This document shows positions 1 through 10,266 of a DNA stretch of 64,000 bases, in pieces. Every line of letters starts with the position of its first letter. Within the stretch, counting starts at the first letter, position 1. The stretch is from Dehalococcoidia bacterium (GTDB lineage Bacteria; Chloroflexota; Dehalococcoidia; Dehalococcoidales; UBA3254): the NCBI GenBank assembly GCA_025361145.1, contig JANYAV010000012.1, positions 14,830-78,829 of the forward strand, read 5' to 3'. The notes beneath the pieces are model-generated. The model made no database searches. It was not told where the DNA came from and saw only the letters and a program-made list of their open reading frames with translations. A program made the position numbers and the translations under genes.

Positions 1-642
1 CCTTTCGTGGTGGTGATGGGTGGAGCTAAGGTCAGTGATAAAATCGGCGTTATCGAAAATATATTGGATAAGGTTGAAACTCTATTGATCGGCGGCGGTA
101 TGGCAGCCAATTTCCTGAAAGCTCAAGGGTTGAATGTCGGCGCTTCCAATGTGGAAGCAGAAAAGCTGGGCTATTGTCGTGAAATGTTAAAGAAAGCCCA
201 GGAAAAGGGCAGACGTTTTGTCTTACCGACGGATGTGGTAGCGGCCGAAAAAATAGCAGCCGGGGCAGCTTGTAAAGTGGTGGCGGTCAAAGACATTCCG
301 GATGGTTGGGTGATAGCTGATATAGGGCCAGAGACAATCCAGCTTTTCGTCAAAGAGATCCAGGTTGCCAGGACGATCTTCTGGAATGGCCCGATGGGGG
401 TTTTCGAGATTGAAGCTTTTTCAAAGGGAACAACTTTAGTCGCTAAAGCGTTAGCGGAGAGCCAGGCTGTTACAGTGGTGGGAGGTGGTTCAACCGCTGA
501 AGTTGTGGAGGAGATGAATCTTTCCAGTAAAATGACTCATGTTTCAACCGGCGGCGGCGCCTCGCTGGAGCTCCTGGAAGGTGTGCGGTTACCAGGTGTG
601 GCCGTCTTGCTGAGCAAAGGATATAATTGGCCGGGATATTAG
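1..642 (+). CDS. pgk: Phosphoglycerate kinase, C-terminal part (5' end lies outside the window)
   Basis: Frame is open to the window edge. [15 protein letters not shown] and C-terminal [13 protein letters not shown] motifs are typical of PGK. Confidence 0.95.
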   Translation, partial: PFVVVMGGAKVSDKIGVIENILDKVETLLIGGGMAANFLKAQGLNVGASNVEAEKLGYCREMLKKAQEKGRRFVLPTDVVAAEKIAAGAACKVVAVKDIPDGWVIADIGPETIQLFVKEIQVARTIFWNGPMGVFEIEAFSKGTTLVAKALAESQAVTVVGGGSTAEVVEEMNLSSKMTHVSTGGGASLELLEGVRLPGVAVLLSKGYNWPGY

Positions 643-712
643 ACACAAAATAAAAAATGACAAATAAAAAATAAGAACCAAAATAAATGAGAAATAAAAA
701 ATTATTAATCAT
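643..712 (+). repeat. A-rich degenerate oligo-repeat element (AAATAA / ACAAATA / GAAATA units) just downstream of pgk
   Basis: Shares an identical 18-mer, acaaataaaaaataagaa (660-677), with 54584-54601. A-rich on the sense strand of the flanking genes. Confidence 0.7.
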
Positions 713-981
713 CCCGATTCGCTACGCTTATACGGGATCGAACGGTAAATAAATCCCAGATACGAAACAAATTTATAATTCCAACAAAAAATTTAGCGCT
801 GCAATTGAGTTGAACGCAGTGCTGTTTTTTTATAGCATCTTCGTTGATAGGAAATAGATTAAGATTGCTTACGGTGTGAAGGTGTTCGCAATGACGGATG
901 CCCTGAAGCACTTTAATTATTCGTTTTAGTTTATGATAATATTAGACATTATATGAACAAACGAAAGGTATGGAGTGAATA

Positions 982-2415
982 ATGCCCTTAATGAAACCTT
1001 GGAACCAGCACACCAAAATAGTCTGCACCATGGGACCCGTTCTCAATGCTCGCTTGATCGAGCGTTTGATCCGGGTAGGTATGGATGTAGCCAGATTCAA
1101 TCTCTCACACGGCACACACGCAGAGCATGCGGATAAGATTGGTACAGTACGTGAATCAGCTGCGAAATTGGGCAGAAATGTAGCCATTTTGATTGATCTG
1201 CCCGGTCCCAAATACCGTATAGGTGAATTGAAAACTCCTTTTGTTACCCTGAAAAAGGGTGCTGAGGTCGTTTTAAGCAATACCCGGACACCGGGTGATG
1301 AGAAAATACTTTCGCTTAACTTTCCTACCTTACATAAAGATGTTACTGCCGGCAATTTAATTTTACTGGATGACGGAGCTATGCAGCTGAAAGTGCTGGA
1401 AATCCGCGGTACAGAGATAATCTGCCGGATAGTAGTAGGAGGAATTCTGACTCCACGCAGGGGAGTGGTGGTGCCCGGAGCTAAAATCTCTGAGCCGTTT
1501 TTGACCGCTGATCTGCGGAAAAATCTGGCTTTCGCGGTAGAACAAACAGCGGATTATATTGCTCTTTCCTTTGTTAGCACGGCGGAGGACATCCGGAAGG
1601 TCAAAGATATTCTCAAGTATACCAATTGCCAGACACCTATCATCGCCAAAATCGAGCGGGCAGAAGCGGTAAAAAATTTAAATAAAATCCTGGAAGCCAG
1701 CGACGGCATCATGGTGGCACGCGGCGATCTGGGTGTAGAAATGCCGCTTAAAGAGGTGCCTTTGATACAGAAAGATATTATCCGGCGCTGCAACTTAGCT
1801 GGTAAGTCAGTTATCACCGCTACTCAAATGCTGGAATCGATGATTAACGCACCCCGGCCTACACGGGCTGAAGTCTCTGACGTGGCGAACGCCATTCTGG
1901 ATGGCACAGACGCGATCATGCTTTCCGCTGAGACATCTATTGGCAAATATCCGGTACAGGCGGTTAAGACCATGTACGATATTGCGCTGGTCACTGAGAA
2001 GCATCTGCACCACGATCAAATTCTGGCCAGTTTCGCGCCATATCTGGAGGACCATACCGATGAATTGATCAGCTATAATGCCTGTCTTACCGCGGAAAAG
2101 CTGAATGTTAAAGCCATTGTGGCAGTAACGCAATCCGGCAGCACAGCGCGCCGGGTATCCCGCTATCGACCGCATATGCCGGTGATCGCTATCACCCCCA
2201 ACAAAGAGGTAATAGGGAGATTGGTACTCAACTGGGGAGTATACGCTTTCTATGCTGAAACGCCTGCCTCGTTGGAAAAACAATTGGAAATTTCAGCGAA
2301 GTTGGTCAAGAAATTAGGTATCGCCAAGTCTGGCGATTTGATTGTGATAACCGGAGGTATTCCGGTAGGGGTGGCCGGCACTACCAATTTGTTGAAGGTG
2401 CACCGGGTGCCATAA
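982..2415 (+). CDS. pyk: Pyruvate kinase
   Basis: 477 aa. TKIVCTMGP start, MVARGDLGVE active-site region, C-terminal regulatory domain. Confidence 0.95.
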   Translation: MPLMKPWNQHTKIVCTMGPVLNARLIERLIRVGMDVARFNLSHGTHAEHADKIGTVRESAAKLGRNVAILIDLPGPKYRIGELKTPFVTLKKGAEVVLSNTRTPGDEKILSLNFPTLHKDVTAGNLILLDDGAMQLKVLEIRGTEIICRIVVGGILTPRRGVVVPGAKISEPFLTADLRKNLAFAVEQTADYIALSFVSTAEDIRKVKDILKYTNCQTPIIAKIERAEAVKNLNKILEASDGIMVARGDLGVEMPLKEVPLIQKDIIRRCNLAGKSVITATQMLESMINAPRPTRAEVSDVANAILDGTDAIMLSAETSIGKYPVQAVKTMYDIALVTEKHLHHDQILASFAPYLEDHTDELISYNACLTAEKLNVKAIVAVTQSGSTARRVSRYRPHMPVIAITPNKEVIGRLVLNWGVYAFYAETPASLEKQLEISAKLVKKLGIAKSGDLIVITGGIPVGVAGTTNLLKVHRVP

Positions 2416-2448
2416 AAACACAAATCATAAATAACAAATAACAAAAAG
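2416..2448 (+). repeat. Short copy of the A-rich oligo-repeat (aaacacaaatcataaataacaaataacaaaaa)
   Basis: Same AAATAA/ACAAATA unit composition as 643-712 and 54543-54676. Lies directly after the pyk stop codon. Confidence 0.5.
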
Positions 2449-2492
2449 GACGACCTGGCAAACAGGGGATTGCCCATACGTGTACTAGTAAC

Positions 2493-3227
2493 TTATGTCC
2501 TTTGTTTGACAACCTCATACATGACTACGGCGGCGGCCACTGAGGCGTTGAGAGAGGCGATGCGGCCGCGCATGGGGATGGCCGCCAGAAAATCACAATT
2601 TTTACGGACCAGGTCGGATAGTCCCTCGCCCTCAGCCCCAATGACGATAGCGGTAGCCGGTTGATAATCGATTTTAGTGTAATCGCTTTGTCCCGCCTGA
2701 TCGATGCCTACTACCCAGACGTTGTTTTTCTTGAGCGTTTCAATAGTCTGAGAGATATTGGTTACCCTGGCCACCGGCACATATTCCAGGGCCCCGGCTG
2801 AGGCTTTCTCTACCACAGAAGTGAGCCCTACCGCACGGCGTTCACGGATAATGACTCCGTGCACCCCACAGGCATCAGCGGTGCGGATAATGGCTCCCAG
2901 ATTATGGGGGTCCTCCAAACCATCCAGAACAATGAAAAAAGCGGTTTGCCCTTTTTGAGCAGGAATTGCCAGTAATTCATCCAAATCGGCATACTCTTTA
3001 GCAGCGGTTAAAGCAATAATCCCTTGATTGGCCCCGCTTTGTCCCAACCGGTCGATGGCCTGCCTCTCGATATATTCCAGCAGCACGCCGTTTTGCTGCG
3101 CCAGATGCAGGATGTCGGCGATGATCCCGTGGCGTTCAATGTTTTTCAATAGAAGAATTTTATTAATCGGCCGTCCTGATTTAAGGGCTTCCAGAACCGG
3201 ATTTCTGCCTTCGATGATGCTGTCCAT
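2493..3227 (-). CDS. rlmB: SpoU/TrmH-family 23S rRNA 2'-O-ribose methyltransferase (RlmB-like)
   Basis: 244 aa. N-terminal EGRNPVLEAL substrate-binding domain, LEDPHNLGAIIRTA and IPMRGRIASLNASVAAAV SPOUT-knot motifs. Confidence 0.85.
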   Translation of the reverse strand: MDSIIEGRNPVLEALKSGRPINKILLLKNIERHGIIADILHLAQQNGVLLEYIERQAIDRLGQSGANQGIIALTAAKEYADLDELLAIPAQKGQTAFFIVLDGLEDPHNLGAIIRTADACGVHGVIIRERRAVGLTSVVEKASAGALEYVPVARVTNISQTIETLKKNNVWVVGIDQAGQSDYTKIDYQPATAIVIGAEGEGLSDLVRKNCDFLAAIPMRGRIASLNASVAAAVVMYEVVKQRT

Positions 3228-3378
3228 TCGTTTTTTACGCTCTGTATTTAATTTTTATATTGTTATACTATTATATTAGAGCTATAATCAACTTACCAAT
3301 TAAGCGTAAAGATGCTAGTCTTTCTGACAGAACAATTCAATTCTCCGCATGTCAAGGTAAGCCCAAGGAGGTTAGCTG

Positions 3379-3672
3379 ATGGTTAACTGGTGGCTGGTTG
3401 GCATAATCATCATTGTCCTGGTGGCAGTCATCTCTTTTGTTATCATCAGCATTCTTAACACCTATCAGAAGCAGGCCACTACTGGTAGGGAGGACATGAT
3501 AGGTAAGATAGCCATGGTGAAAGAAAAACTCGCGCCGGAGGGAATGGTCTTATACATGGGAGAACTATGGGCCGCGGTATCTGAAACAGGAGATATCGAA
3601 AGCGGGGGAGAAGTGTTTATTTCTAAGATCGATGGTTTAAGATTGATAGTGAATAAAAAAGGAAAGGAGTAA
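3379..3672 (+). CDS. NfeD-like membrane protein (short form)
   Basis: 97 aa. N-terminal TM helix plus a C-terminal OB-like segment. Lies immediately upstream of an SPFH gene, which is the classic NfeD-stomatin pair. Confidence 0.7.
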   Translation: MVNWWLVGIIIIVLVAVISFVIISILNTYQKQATTGREDMIGKIAMVKEKLAPEGMVLYMGELWAAVSETGDIESGGEVFISKIDGLRLIVNKKGKE

Positions 3673-3676
3673 AAGT

Positions 3677-4444
3677 ATGACAGGAGTTGTTTTAGTTGTA
3701 GTAATTATTTTTCTTTTATTGGTTTTGGGACCGTCCACTATCAAGATCGTACAGGAGTACGAACGCGGAGTTATTTTCCGACTGGGCCGTTTGACCGGCG
3801 CCAAAGGGCCGGGGCTTTTCCTGATCATCCCCTTCGTTGACCGCATGGTTAGGATGGACCTACGCGTAGTGACCCTGGACGTGCCTCCGCAAGACGTTAT
3901 CACTAAAGACAACGTAACGGTCAAAGTCAACGCCGTGGTCTATTTTAGAGTAGTGGATCCTCAGAGTGCCGTGGTAAAAGTGCTCGACCATATCCGTGCC
4001 ACTTCTCAGATCGCCCAAACCACTTTACGGAACGTGCTTGGCCAGGTGGAACTGGATGAACTGCTGGCCTCACGTGAGAAACTCAACCAGATGATTCAGA
4101 AGATCATCGATGAGTCTACCGAACCATGGGGCATTAAAGTCTCGACGGTTAATATCAAGGACGTCGAACTACCTGAAGCTATGAGGCGATCGATGGCCGC
4201 GCAGGCTGAAGCCGAACGCGAAAGACGTGCCAAGATCATTCATGCTGATGGTGAATATCAGGCTTCGGAAAGGCTGGCTCAAGCCGGCGCAGTGATTGCC
4301 AAAGAGCCGACTACCTTGCAGCTGCGTTACTTGCAGACGCTGACGGAAATCGCCTCGGAAAAAACTAACACAATTATTTTCCCGCTGCCTATAGAATTGC
4401 TGAAGGCGTTTTCTAAAATGGTCGAATCCTCTGACAAAAAATAG
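3677..4444 (+). CDS. SPFH/band-7 (stomatin/prohibitin-like) membrane protein
   Basis: 255 aa. N-terminal TM helix, [15 protein letters not shown] and [19 protein letters not shown] core, Ala/Glu-rich coiled coil [14 protein letters not shown]. Confidence 0.9.
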   Translation: MTGVVLVVVIIFLLLVLGPSTIKIVQEYERGVIFRLGRLTGAKGPGLFLIIPFVDRMVRMDLRVVTLDVPPQDVITKDNVTVKVNAVVYFRVVDPQSAVVKVLDHIRATSQIAQTTLRNVLGQVELDELLASREKLNQMIQKIIDESTEPWGIKVSTVNIKDVELPEAMRRSMAAQAEAERERRAKIIHADGEYQASERLAQAGAVIAKEPTTLQLRYLQTLTEIASEKTNTIIFPLPIELLKAFSKMVESSDKK

Positions 4445-4473
4445 AACATGGTAAATTGAAATAGATTTGTGTC

Positions 4474-4509
4474 AAAACCCCCCGGCTTCTTCAGAAGCCG
4501 GGGGGTTTT
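4474..4509 (+). terminator. Rho-independent terminator after the SPFH gene
   Basis: 12-bp GC-rich stem ccccccggcttc/gaagccgggggg, 4-nt loop, TTTT tail. Confidence 0.8.
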
Positions 4510-4531
4510 ATTATAGGCTCCTTCGCCCTGT

Positions 4532-4560
4532 TTGACAGTACTGACGGCAGGTGTTAGATT
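4532..4560 (+). promoter_or_regulatory. Putative sigma-70-type promoter of tyrS (TTGACA-17 nt-TAGATT)
   Basis: Perfect -35 hexamer at 4532-4537, a 17-nt spacer and TAGATT at 4555-4560. It lies about 35 nt upstream of the ATG at 4595. Confidence 0.45.
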
Positions 4561-4594
4561 AAAAACGTTATTGTATTACAAAAGGAAGCAAAAA

Positions 4595-5863
4595 ATGAAC
4601 GTTTTTGATGAGTTTAAATGGCGCGGTCTGGTCTATGATTCTACCGAGGGGATGAGAGAAGTCTTTGAAACTGAGAAGATCATGGGCTATATTGGTTTTG
4701 ACCCTTCCGCCTCCAGCCTGCATTGCGGCTCTTTGCTGCCTATTATGGGGCTGGTGCGTCTGCAGAAATTCGGCCATATTCCCATTGCTGTGGCCGGCGG
4801 CGGCACTGGTTTGATCGGCGATCCCAGCGGCAAGACCACGGAACGCCAGATGCTCACCAAAGAGATGGTTAATTTTAACCTGGAAGGCATTAAGGCCCAA
4901 CTGGCCCGTTTTTTGGATTTCGATAGCAAAGTCAACCCGGCAATTATGGTGAATAATGCGGACTGGCTGACCACTGTCAGCCTGACCGATTTCCTGCGTG
5001 ATGTAGGCAAGCATTTTTCGGTGAATACGATGATCGCCAAAGAGACCGTTAAACGGCGGCTGGAAGCGGAAGGGATCTCTTATACCGAATTCAGTTATCT
5101 GCTTTTACAGTCCTATGATTTTTTAAAATTATATGAAAAATACCATTGCACGCTGCAAATGGGCGGCAGCGACCAGTGGGGCAACATAACTTCAGGGGTA
5201 GACCTGATACGCAAGATGCATGGCACCAAGGCCCATGCCCTGGTGTTTCCCCTATTGACGACCTCTAGCGGCAGCAAATTCGGCAAGACTGAGAGCGGCG
5301 CTGTCTGGCTCGACCCGCAACGCACATCTCCCTACCGTTTTTATCAGTTCTGGCTGAATACCGAAGATAAAGATGCTGTTAATTATTTGAAATATTTCAC
5401 TCTGCTGACCAAGCCGGAGATAGAAGAGCTGGCAGTTTCACTTGCGGCCAGCCCGGAAAAGCGGGAAGCCCAGAGAAAGCTAGCACAAGAAGTCACCCGC
5501 CTGGTACATGGGGATGAAGCCCTGAGAAAAGCCGAGCAGGCTTCGTGCATACTTTTCGGGGAGGCTGTCAGTAATCTAAGCTTACAGGACGTATTGGAAG
5601 TCTTTGCCGATGTGCCTTCGGTTAACCTGAGTAAATCACAATTCGAAGGTTCTGGTCTTTCGGTGGTGGATGTGGTGGCTTCAGCGGGGATGGCGCAGTC
5701 CAAGGGTGAAGCTAAACGGCTGATTCAAGGTGGCGGAGTCTATTTAAATAATGTCCGTATAACGGATGTAAAAAATAACGTCAGGCTGAATGAGTCCATT
5801 GAGGGGCAGGCACTGATTCTGCGTAAAGGCCAGAAGGAATACCGTCTGGTGCGTCTAGTCTGA
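4595..5863 (+). CDS. tyrS: Tyrosine--tRNA ligase
   Basis: The ATG at 4595 is preceded by AAAGGAAG. The class I HIGH-type motif reads SLHCGSL, the KMSKS-type motif reads KFGKT, and a C-terminal S4 domain is present. The TTG at 4532 in the ORF track is the -35 box. Confidence 0.93.
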   Translation: MNVFDEFKWRGLVYDSTEGMREVFETEKIMGYIGFDPSASSLHCGSLLPIMGLVRLQKFGHIPIAVAGGGTGLIGDPSGKTTERQMLTKEMVNFNLEGIKAQLARFLDFDSKVNPAIMVNNADWLTTVSLTDFLRDVGKHFSVNTMIAKETVKRRLEAEGISYTEFSYLLLQSYDFLKLYEKYHCTLQMGGSDQWGNITSGVDLIRKMHGTKAHALVFPLLTTSSGSKFGKTESGAVWLDPQRTSPYRFYQFWLNTEDKDAVNYLKYFTLLTKPEIEELAVSLAASPEKREAQRKLAQEVTRLVHGDEALRKAEQASCILFGEAVSNLSLQDVLEVFADVPSVNLSKSQFEGSGLSVVDVVASAGMAQSKGEAKRLIQGGGVYLNNVRITDVKNNVRLNESIEGQALILRKGQKEYRLVRLV

Positions 5864-6001
5864 GCTGGGATCTTTCCCTAATCGAATTTTTAATTAAAAA
5901 CAGTTGCTTTAATTTGCTGAAAATTCAGTATAATTCGGTTTGCCTTCGAAGCTGATCTACTCTATAATAAAAAGGTTATTATGCTTTCTAGGGGGATTAA
6001 C

Positions 6002-6280
6002 ATGGCTGGGTCACCCAAACTTCGAGTTACAAAATATTTCGGCGGCGCTTCCGTACAAAAAATAGAAATGGATGTGGAAGACGCAAAGGGCAATTTGGGC
6101 TATTTTTGGACGTCTGATGGCGGCAGTAATATCATAGTTTCGATTGAAGGACAGGCGATTAAGTCCTTTGATGAGCTGAAAGCTGTAGCTGCTAAGGACA
6201 AATATAAGAATATGGCCTTTATCGATGTCGGACTATTTCTTTCCAACGACGGTCATAAATCTATCTGGGATAAGAAATAG
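6002..6280 (+). CDS. Hypothetical protein (92 aa from ATG 6002; the ORF track starts at 5981)
   Basis: Open frame with an AGGGGGA Shine-Dalgarno (SD) sequence 5 nt upstream of ATG 6002. I recognise no family. Confidence 0.5.
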   Translation: MAGSPKLRVTKYFGGASVQKIEMDVEDAKGNLGYFWTSDGGSNIIVSIEGQAIKSFDELKAVAAKDKYKNMAFIDVGLFLSNDGHKSIWDKK

Positions 6281-6391
6281 TTTATCTTCCTGCATACCTT
6301 CTTTTCCCGTCCCCTCCGGTCGGAATATAGACATGTCCGTAGTGTCCTTCTGAAAGCACATTTTGATTGTTTCCGGTGATATAATATTTTG

Positions 6392-8578
6392 ATGGATATT
6401 CTTGCCAAACTAAATCCCTCTCAGAAAGAGGCCGTTGAGACGATCGAAGGCCCAGTGCTGATGATTGCCGGTCCCGGCTCAGGGAAAACCAGGGTTATTA
6501 CCCACCGGATAGCTTACCTGATGAAAGTCTGCGGTATCAGTCCCCATAATATCATGGCGGTCACTTTTACCAATAAAGCGGCCCGGGAAATGGGAGAGCG
6601 AATCTCAGAACTGGCGCCGGGTTCAGCGCAAAATCTGACGATGGGCACTTTTCACGCAATTTGCGCCCGCATTCTGCGCAAAGACGGCAAGACCGCCGGA
6701 ATAGAGCCGGGATTCGTGATTTATGATGATGACGATCAACTGGATCTGATAAAGCGGGCTTTGCAGGAATTGAACCTAGATCCCAAAAAATACGTGCCGC
6801 GGGCCGTTCTTTCTGTAATCAGTACGGCAAAAAGCAATATGCTGGCTCCCCAGGACCTTAACCGTCATACCCGAAGCTACTTTGAAGAAGTAACTGCGCG
6901 CGTTTATGAACGTTATCAGCAGCTGCTAACGGAAAGCCAGGCGCTGGATTTCGACGATCTGCTGATGCGGACGGTGCAGCTTTTCCGGGAACATCCGGAA
7001 ATATTGAAAAAATATCAAGACCGGTATATCCACATTATGGTGGATGAGTTTCAGGACACCAACTTGACTCAATATGAATTAATTAAACTAATCGCGGATA
7101 AATATAAAAACGTATGTGTGGTAGGAGATCCCGACCAGTCCATTTATTCCTGGCGCTCCGCTGATTTACGGAACATCCTTAATTTTGAAAAGGACTATCC
7201 CCTGGCCAAGGTAATCTACCTGGAACAAAATTACCGTTCTACCAGCCGGATTCTGGACACGGCTTCTCACGTTATTAAAGTCAACCGGCAACGCAAACAG
7301 AAAGAGTTGTGGACGGAAAATGATCCGGGAGAATTGACCAAAGTTATTGAGACCTTTACCGAGCAGGAAGAGGCTCAATATGTGGTTAAGGAAATTGAAA
7401 GGCTAGTGGACAGCGGGGAGTCTAACTACCGGGATTGCGCCGTTATGTACCGCACTAATGCTCAATCCCGCGTGATAGAAGAGGCTTTTGTGCGCTATGG
7501 CCTGCCCTATAAACTGGTGGCGGGGACACGTTTCTACGAGAGAAGGGAAGTTAAGGACATCATCGCTTATTTGCGACTAGTCCAGAACCCCTTTGACAGC
7601 GTGAGTCTGGCGCGTATCATCAATGTGCCGAACCGCGGTATAGGCCAGCAGACTTTAAATGTATTAGCGAAATGGGCGAAAGAACAGGGGATCTCACAAT
7701 TTGAAGCATTACAAAGGCTATCCGCTCCGGAAAGCATCTCAGGCCTTCTGCCCTTTAACGCCAGAACAGTGAAAATATTAGGTGGATTTGGAGCCGTATT
7801 AAAAGAACTAATTGAGCGCAGCCAAGCGGCCAATCTGCTGGAGTTTTACGATCATTTAACAGTTGCTTCTGGCTACAAAGATTTTATATTAAGTGATGAA
7901 GACGGCGACGAACGCTGGGACAACGTACAGGAACTGAGGACGGTGGCGGAAACCTATCGTGAACTGGCGCCCCCGGACGCTTTAGCAGCTTTTCTGGAGA
8001 GTGTAGCGCTGGTTTCCGATGTAGATGATCTGGATGAGTCAAACAATAAAGTTACGCTGATTACTCTGCACCAGGCCAAGGGGCTGGAATTCAATAATGT
8101 CTTTATGGTGGGTGTAGAAGAAGGTTTACTGCCGCATATCAGGTCTCTGGATGATCCTTTTCAGATGGAAGAAGAACGCAGGCTGTGTTATGTGGGAATT
8201 ACCCGTGCCAAGCGCCGGATTTACCTGACGCATGCTTTCCGCCGCACACTGATGGGACACAGCACGGTTAATAAAGCTTCGCGCTTCTTACAGGATATAC
8301 CCAGGGAACTCATTGCGGGCGGGGAACTATGGCAAGCCGCGGAAAGTAAGTGGGGAGCGGACTACATGAGCAAGTCAACCGCCATTCCGGAAAACAAACC
8401 GCAGGCTCCTTCGATAGAGTTGAAAGCCGGCGACCGTGTACGCCATGCCATATTTGGAGAAGGGGTAGTGGTCAGCTGTACATCTAAGGGGAGCGATTCA
8501 GAGGTGGTAACGGCCTTTAGTGGGGTAGGCGTGAAAAAACTATTGTTAAGCTTTGCCAAACTGGAAAAAGTGCAATAA
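6392..8578 (+). CDS. pcrA: ATP-dependent DNA helicase PcrA/UvrD (superfamily 1A)
   Basis: About 728 aa. AGPGSGKT Walker A, VDEFQDTN, QNYRS, and TLHQAKGLEF...VGITRAK helicase motifs. Confidence 0.93.
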   Translation: MDILAKLNPSQKEAVETIEGPVLMIAGPGSGKTRVITHRIAYLMKVCGISPHNIMAVTFTNKAAREMGERISELAPGSAQNLTMGTFHAICARILRKDGKTAGIEPGFVIYDDDDQLDLIKRALQELNLDPKKYVPRAVLSVISTAKSNMLAPQDLNRHTRSYFEEVTARVYERYQQLLTESQALDFDDLLMRTVQLFREHPEILKKYQDRYIHIMVDEFQDTNLTQYELIKLIADKYKNVCVVGDPDQSIYSWRSADLRNILNFEKDYPLAKVIYLEQNYRSTSRILDTASHVIKVNRQRKQKELWTENDPGELTKVIETFTEQEEAQYVVKEIERLVDSGESNYRDCAVMYRTNAQSRVIEEAFVRYGLPYKLVAGTRFYERREVKDIIAYLRLVQNPFDSVSLARIINVPNRGIGQQTLNVLAKWAKEQGISQFEALQRLSAPESISGLLPFNARTVKILGGFGAVLKELIERSQAANLLEFYDHLTVASGYKDFILSDEDGDERWDNVQELRTVAETYRELAPPDALAAFLESVALVSDVDDLDESNNKVTLITLHQAKGLEFNNVFMVGVEEGLLPHIRSLDDPFQMEEERRLCYVGITRAKRRIYLTHAFRRTLMGHSTVNKASRFLQDIPRELIAGGELWQAAESKWGADYMSKSTAIPENKPQAPSIELKAGDRVRHAIFGEGVVVSCTSKGSDSEVVTAFSGVGVKKLLLSFAKLEKVQ

Positions 8579-8751
8579 ATCCTGCTGTTTTCTCAAGTAC
8601 TAACTTTTAGCTTTTAAGTCCGTTATAGATTGTGCAGGGTCATCTGCGTAAAAATACATGTTTTTACCTATAAAAACTACGGTATTTTACGTATACAATT
8701 ATCACGCTAAAGAACTTATAATGTAACTAGATAGCAAGGAGGGTAAGGGCG

Positions 8752-8874
8752 ATGTGGATCTTGAAATCGATAATCTGTTTGTTCGCTGGGCACATCTGGA
8801 TTAGCTCGAGGTACAAGTATTGCGGACGTTGCGGCAAGCTCGAGTTAGAGCAAGCTCATGATATTGTGCCGTAA
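8752..8874 (+). CDS. Small (40 aa) putative zinc-ribbon/membrane protein, absent from the ORF track
   Basis: The ATG is preceded by AAGGAGGG. The product is MWILKSIICLFAGHIWISSRYKYCGRCGKLELEQAHDIVP, with a GHxW...CxRCG pattern reminiscent of DUF1660-type small proteins. A hairpin terminator follows. Confidence 0.4.
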   Translation: MWILKSIICLFAGHIWISSRYKYCGRCGKLELEQAHDIVP

Positions 8875-8902
8875 TATTAAACGAGGGTAATTCTAAATGA
8901 TC

Positions 8903-8936
8903 AGAGAGAAGAAATTCATTCTTCTCTCTTTTTATT
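8903..8936 (+). terminator. Rho-independent terminator
   Basis: 11-bp stem agagagaagaa/ttcttctctct, 5-nt loop, T tail. Confidence 0.65.
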
Positions 8937-9076
8937 TTAATAATCTAACCACTCCTTCTAAGAATGCAATACAAGATTGATGTTTTAAGATGCGATGATA
9001 GGGCGGATGATGCTATAATAGATACGGTTTCGAGGCTGTAAAATGGGTGAATTTTCTGTATAAAGGGGCAGACGTA

Positions 9077-10258
9077 ATGGCGATATCCAAATCAGTTAAA
9101 AATGCCATGGTGGCGGGTAATTACATCCGCAAAATGTTTGAAGAAGGGATTGCCTTAAAAAAAATACACGGCGATGCTAATGTCTACGATTTAAGCATAG
9201 GAAACCCCGTAATGGAGCCTCCTGAAGCTTTTAACCGTGAACTGCGTCAAATCGTTAACCATCCCTGGCCGGGTATGCACCTGCAGATGGAAGCCGCGGG
9301 CTACACCGCAACTCGCACAACTATAGCCGCCCAGCTCAGCCAGGATACGGGTTTGAAATTCGGTTTGAATGATATTGTGATGGCTTTTGGAGCGGCAGGG
9401 GCCGTAAATGTAGTTTTTAAAACCCTTTTAAATCCAGGCGAGGAAGTTATTTCATTCACACCCAATTATTTTGAATATGTGCATTACGCTGAAAATCACG
9501 GCGGCAGGGTCAAATATATTGCTTCTGATAAGAATCTGAATCCTGACCTGGCAGCACTGGAAGCCGGCATTACCACCAGTACCAGGGCGGTAGTTATCAA
9601 CTCTCCCAATAATCCCACCGGACATGTTTATACCGCTCCGACACTCAAAGGGATCGCTGAAGTGGTTGCCCGCCGCAGCGCTGAATTGAAACACCGGGTT
9701 TACATTATCAGCGATGATGTTTATGCCAACCTGTATTTTGGGCAGGGGAAGTGCCCGCGGATGGCTCAACATTATCAGCATACTATTATCGTCAATTCCT
9801 TTTCCAAAGACCTTTCTGTACCCGGCGAGCGTATTGGCTACATCGCAGTGCAGGCTCAATGTGAGGATGCAGGCGATATAGTGAAAGGCCTGGTATATGC
9901 CAGTCAGGTGCTAGGATTTATCAATCCTCCGGCGATCATGCAGAATGCAATACGCAATCTGCAAAACGCGTCGGTAGATATCTCTATTTATCGTCAGAAG
10001 AGAGACTTCCTGTTTAAAAGTTTAACCGAAATGGGTTACGCCATTGTCAAACCGCAGGGCGCTTTCTACATGTTCCCCAGCTCACCCAATCCGGACGATG
10101 AAGTTTTTGTTAAGGAATTAAAGGATCTTTTGGTGTTAACGGTGCCGGGTCATGTTTTTGGTGCTCCTGGATACTTCCGCCTGTCTTATTGTACGGACGA
10201 CCGGGTGATTGAAGGTTCTTTGAAAGGTTTTAAGCAGGCCATAGCCAAATATAAATAA
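9077..10258 (+). CDS. PLP-dependent class I/II aminotransferase (aspartate/alanine aminotransferase-like)
   Basis: NSPNNPTG and SFSKDLSVPGERIGY (PLP-lysine) motifs. The ATG at 9077 has an AAGGGG SD sequence. The ORF-track GTG at 9047 is an alternative start. Confidence 0.85.
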   Translation: MAISKSVKNAMVAGNYIRKMFEEGIALKKIHGDANVYDLSIGNPVMEPPEAFNRELRQIVNHPWPGMHLQMEAAGYTATRTTIAAQLSQDTGLKFGLNDIVMAFGAAGAVNVVFKTLLNPGEEVISFTPNYFEYVHYAENHGGRVKYIASDKNLNPDLAALEAGITTSTRAVVINSPNNPTGHVYTAPTLKGIAEVVARRSAELKHRVYIISDDVYANLYFGQGKCPRMAQHYQHTIIVNSFSKDLSVPGERIGYIAVQAQCEDAGDIVKGLVYASQVLGFINPPAIMQNAIRNLQNASVDISIYRQKRDFLFKSLTEMGYAIVKPQGAFYMFPSSPNPDDEVFVKELKDLLVLTVPGHVFGAPGYFRLSYCTDDRVIEGSLKGFKQAIAKYK

Positions 10259-10266
10259 CCCTTGTA

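Noticed and set aside
643-712. A-rich repeat tracts as a possible CRISPR array or minisatellite-encoded peptide
   Set aside because: The repeat units are 6-14 nt, degenerate and contiguous. There are no 25-40 bp conserved repeats separated by unique spacers, and no cas genes are present in the window.
4532-4594. The TTG start at 4532 that would extend TyrS by 21 aa, and a possible T-box leader upstream of tyrS
   Set aside because: The TTG is the first half of a consensus TTGACA -35 box. The ATG at 4595 has a good SD sequence and gives the canonical TyrS N-terminus. The spacer (about 150 nt) is too short for a T-box, and its only strong hairpin is the terminator of the upstream SPFH gene. I found no specifier loop or T-box sequence.
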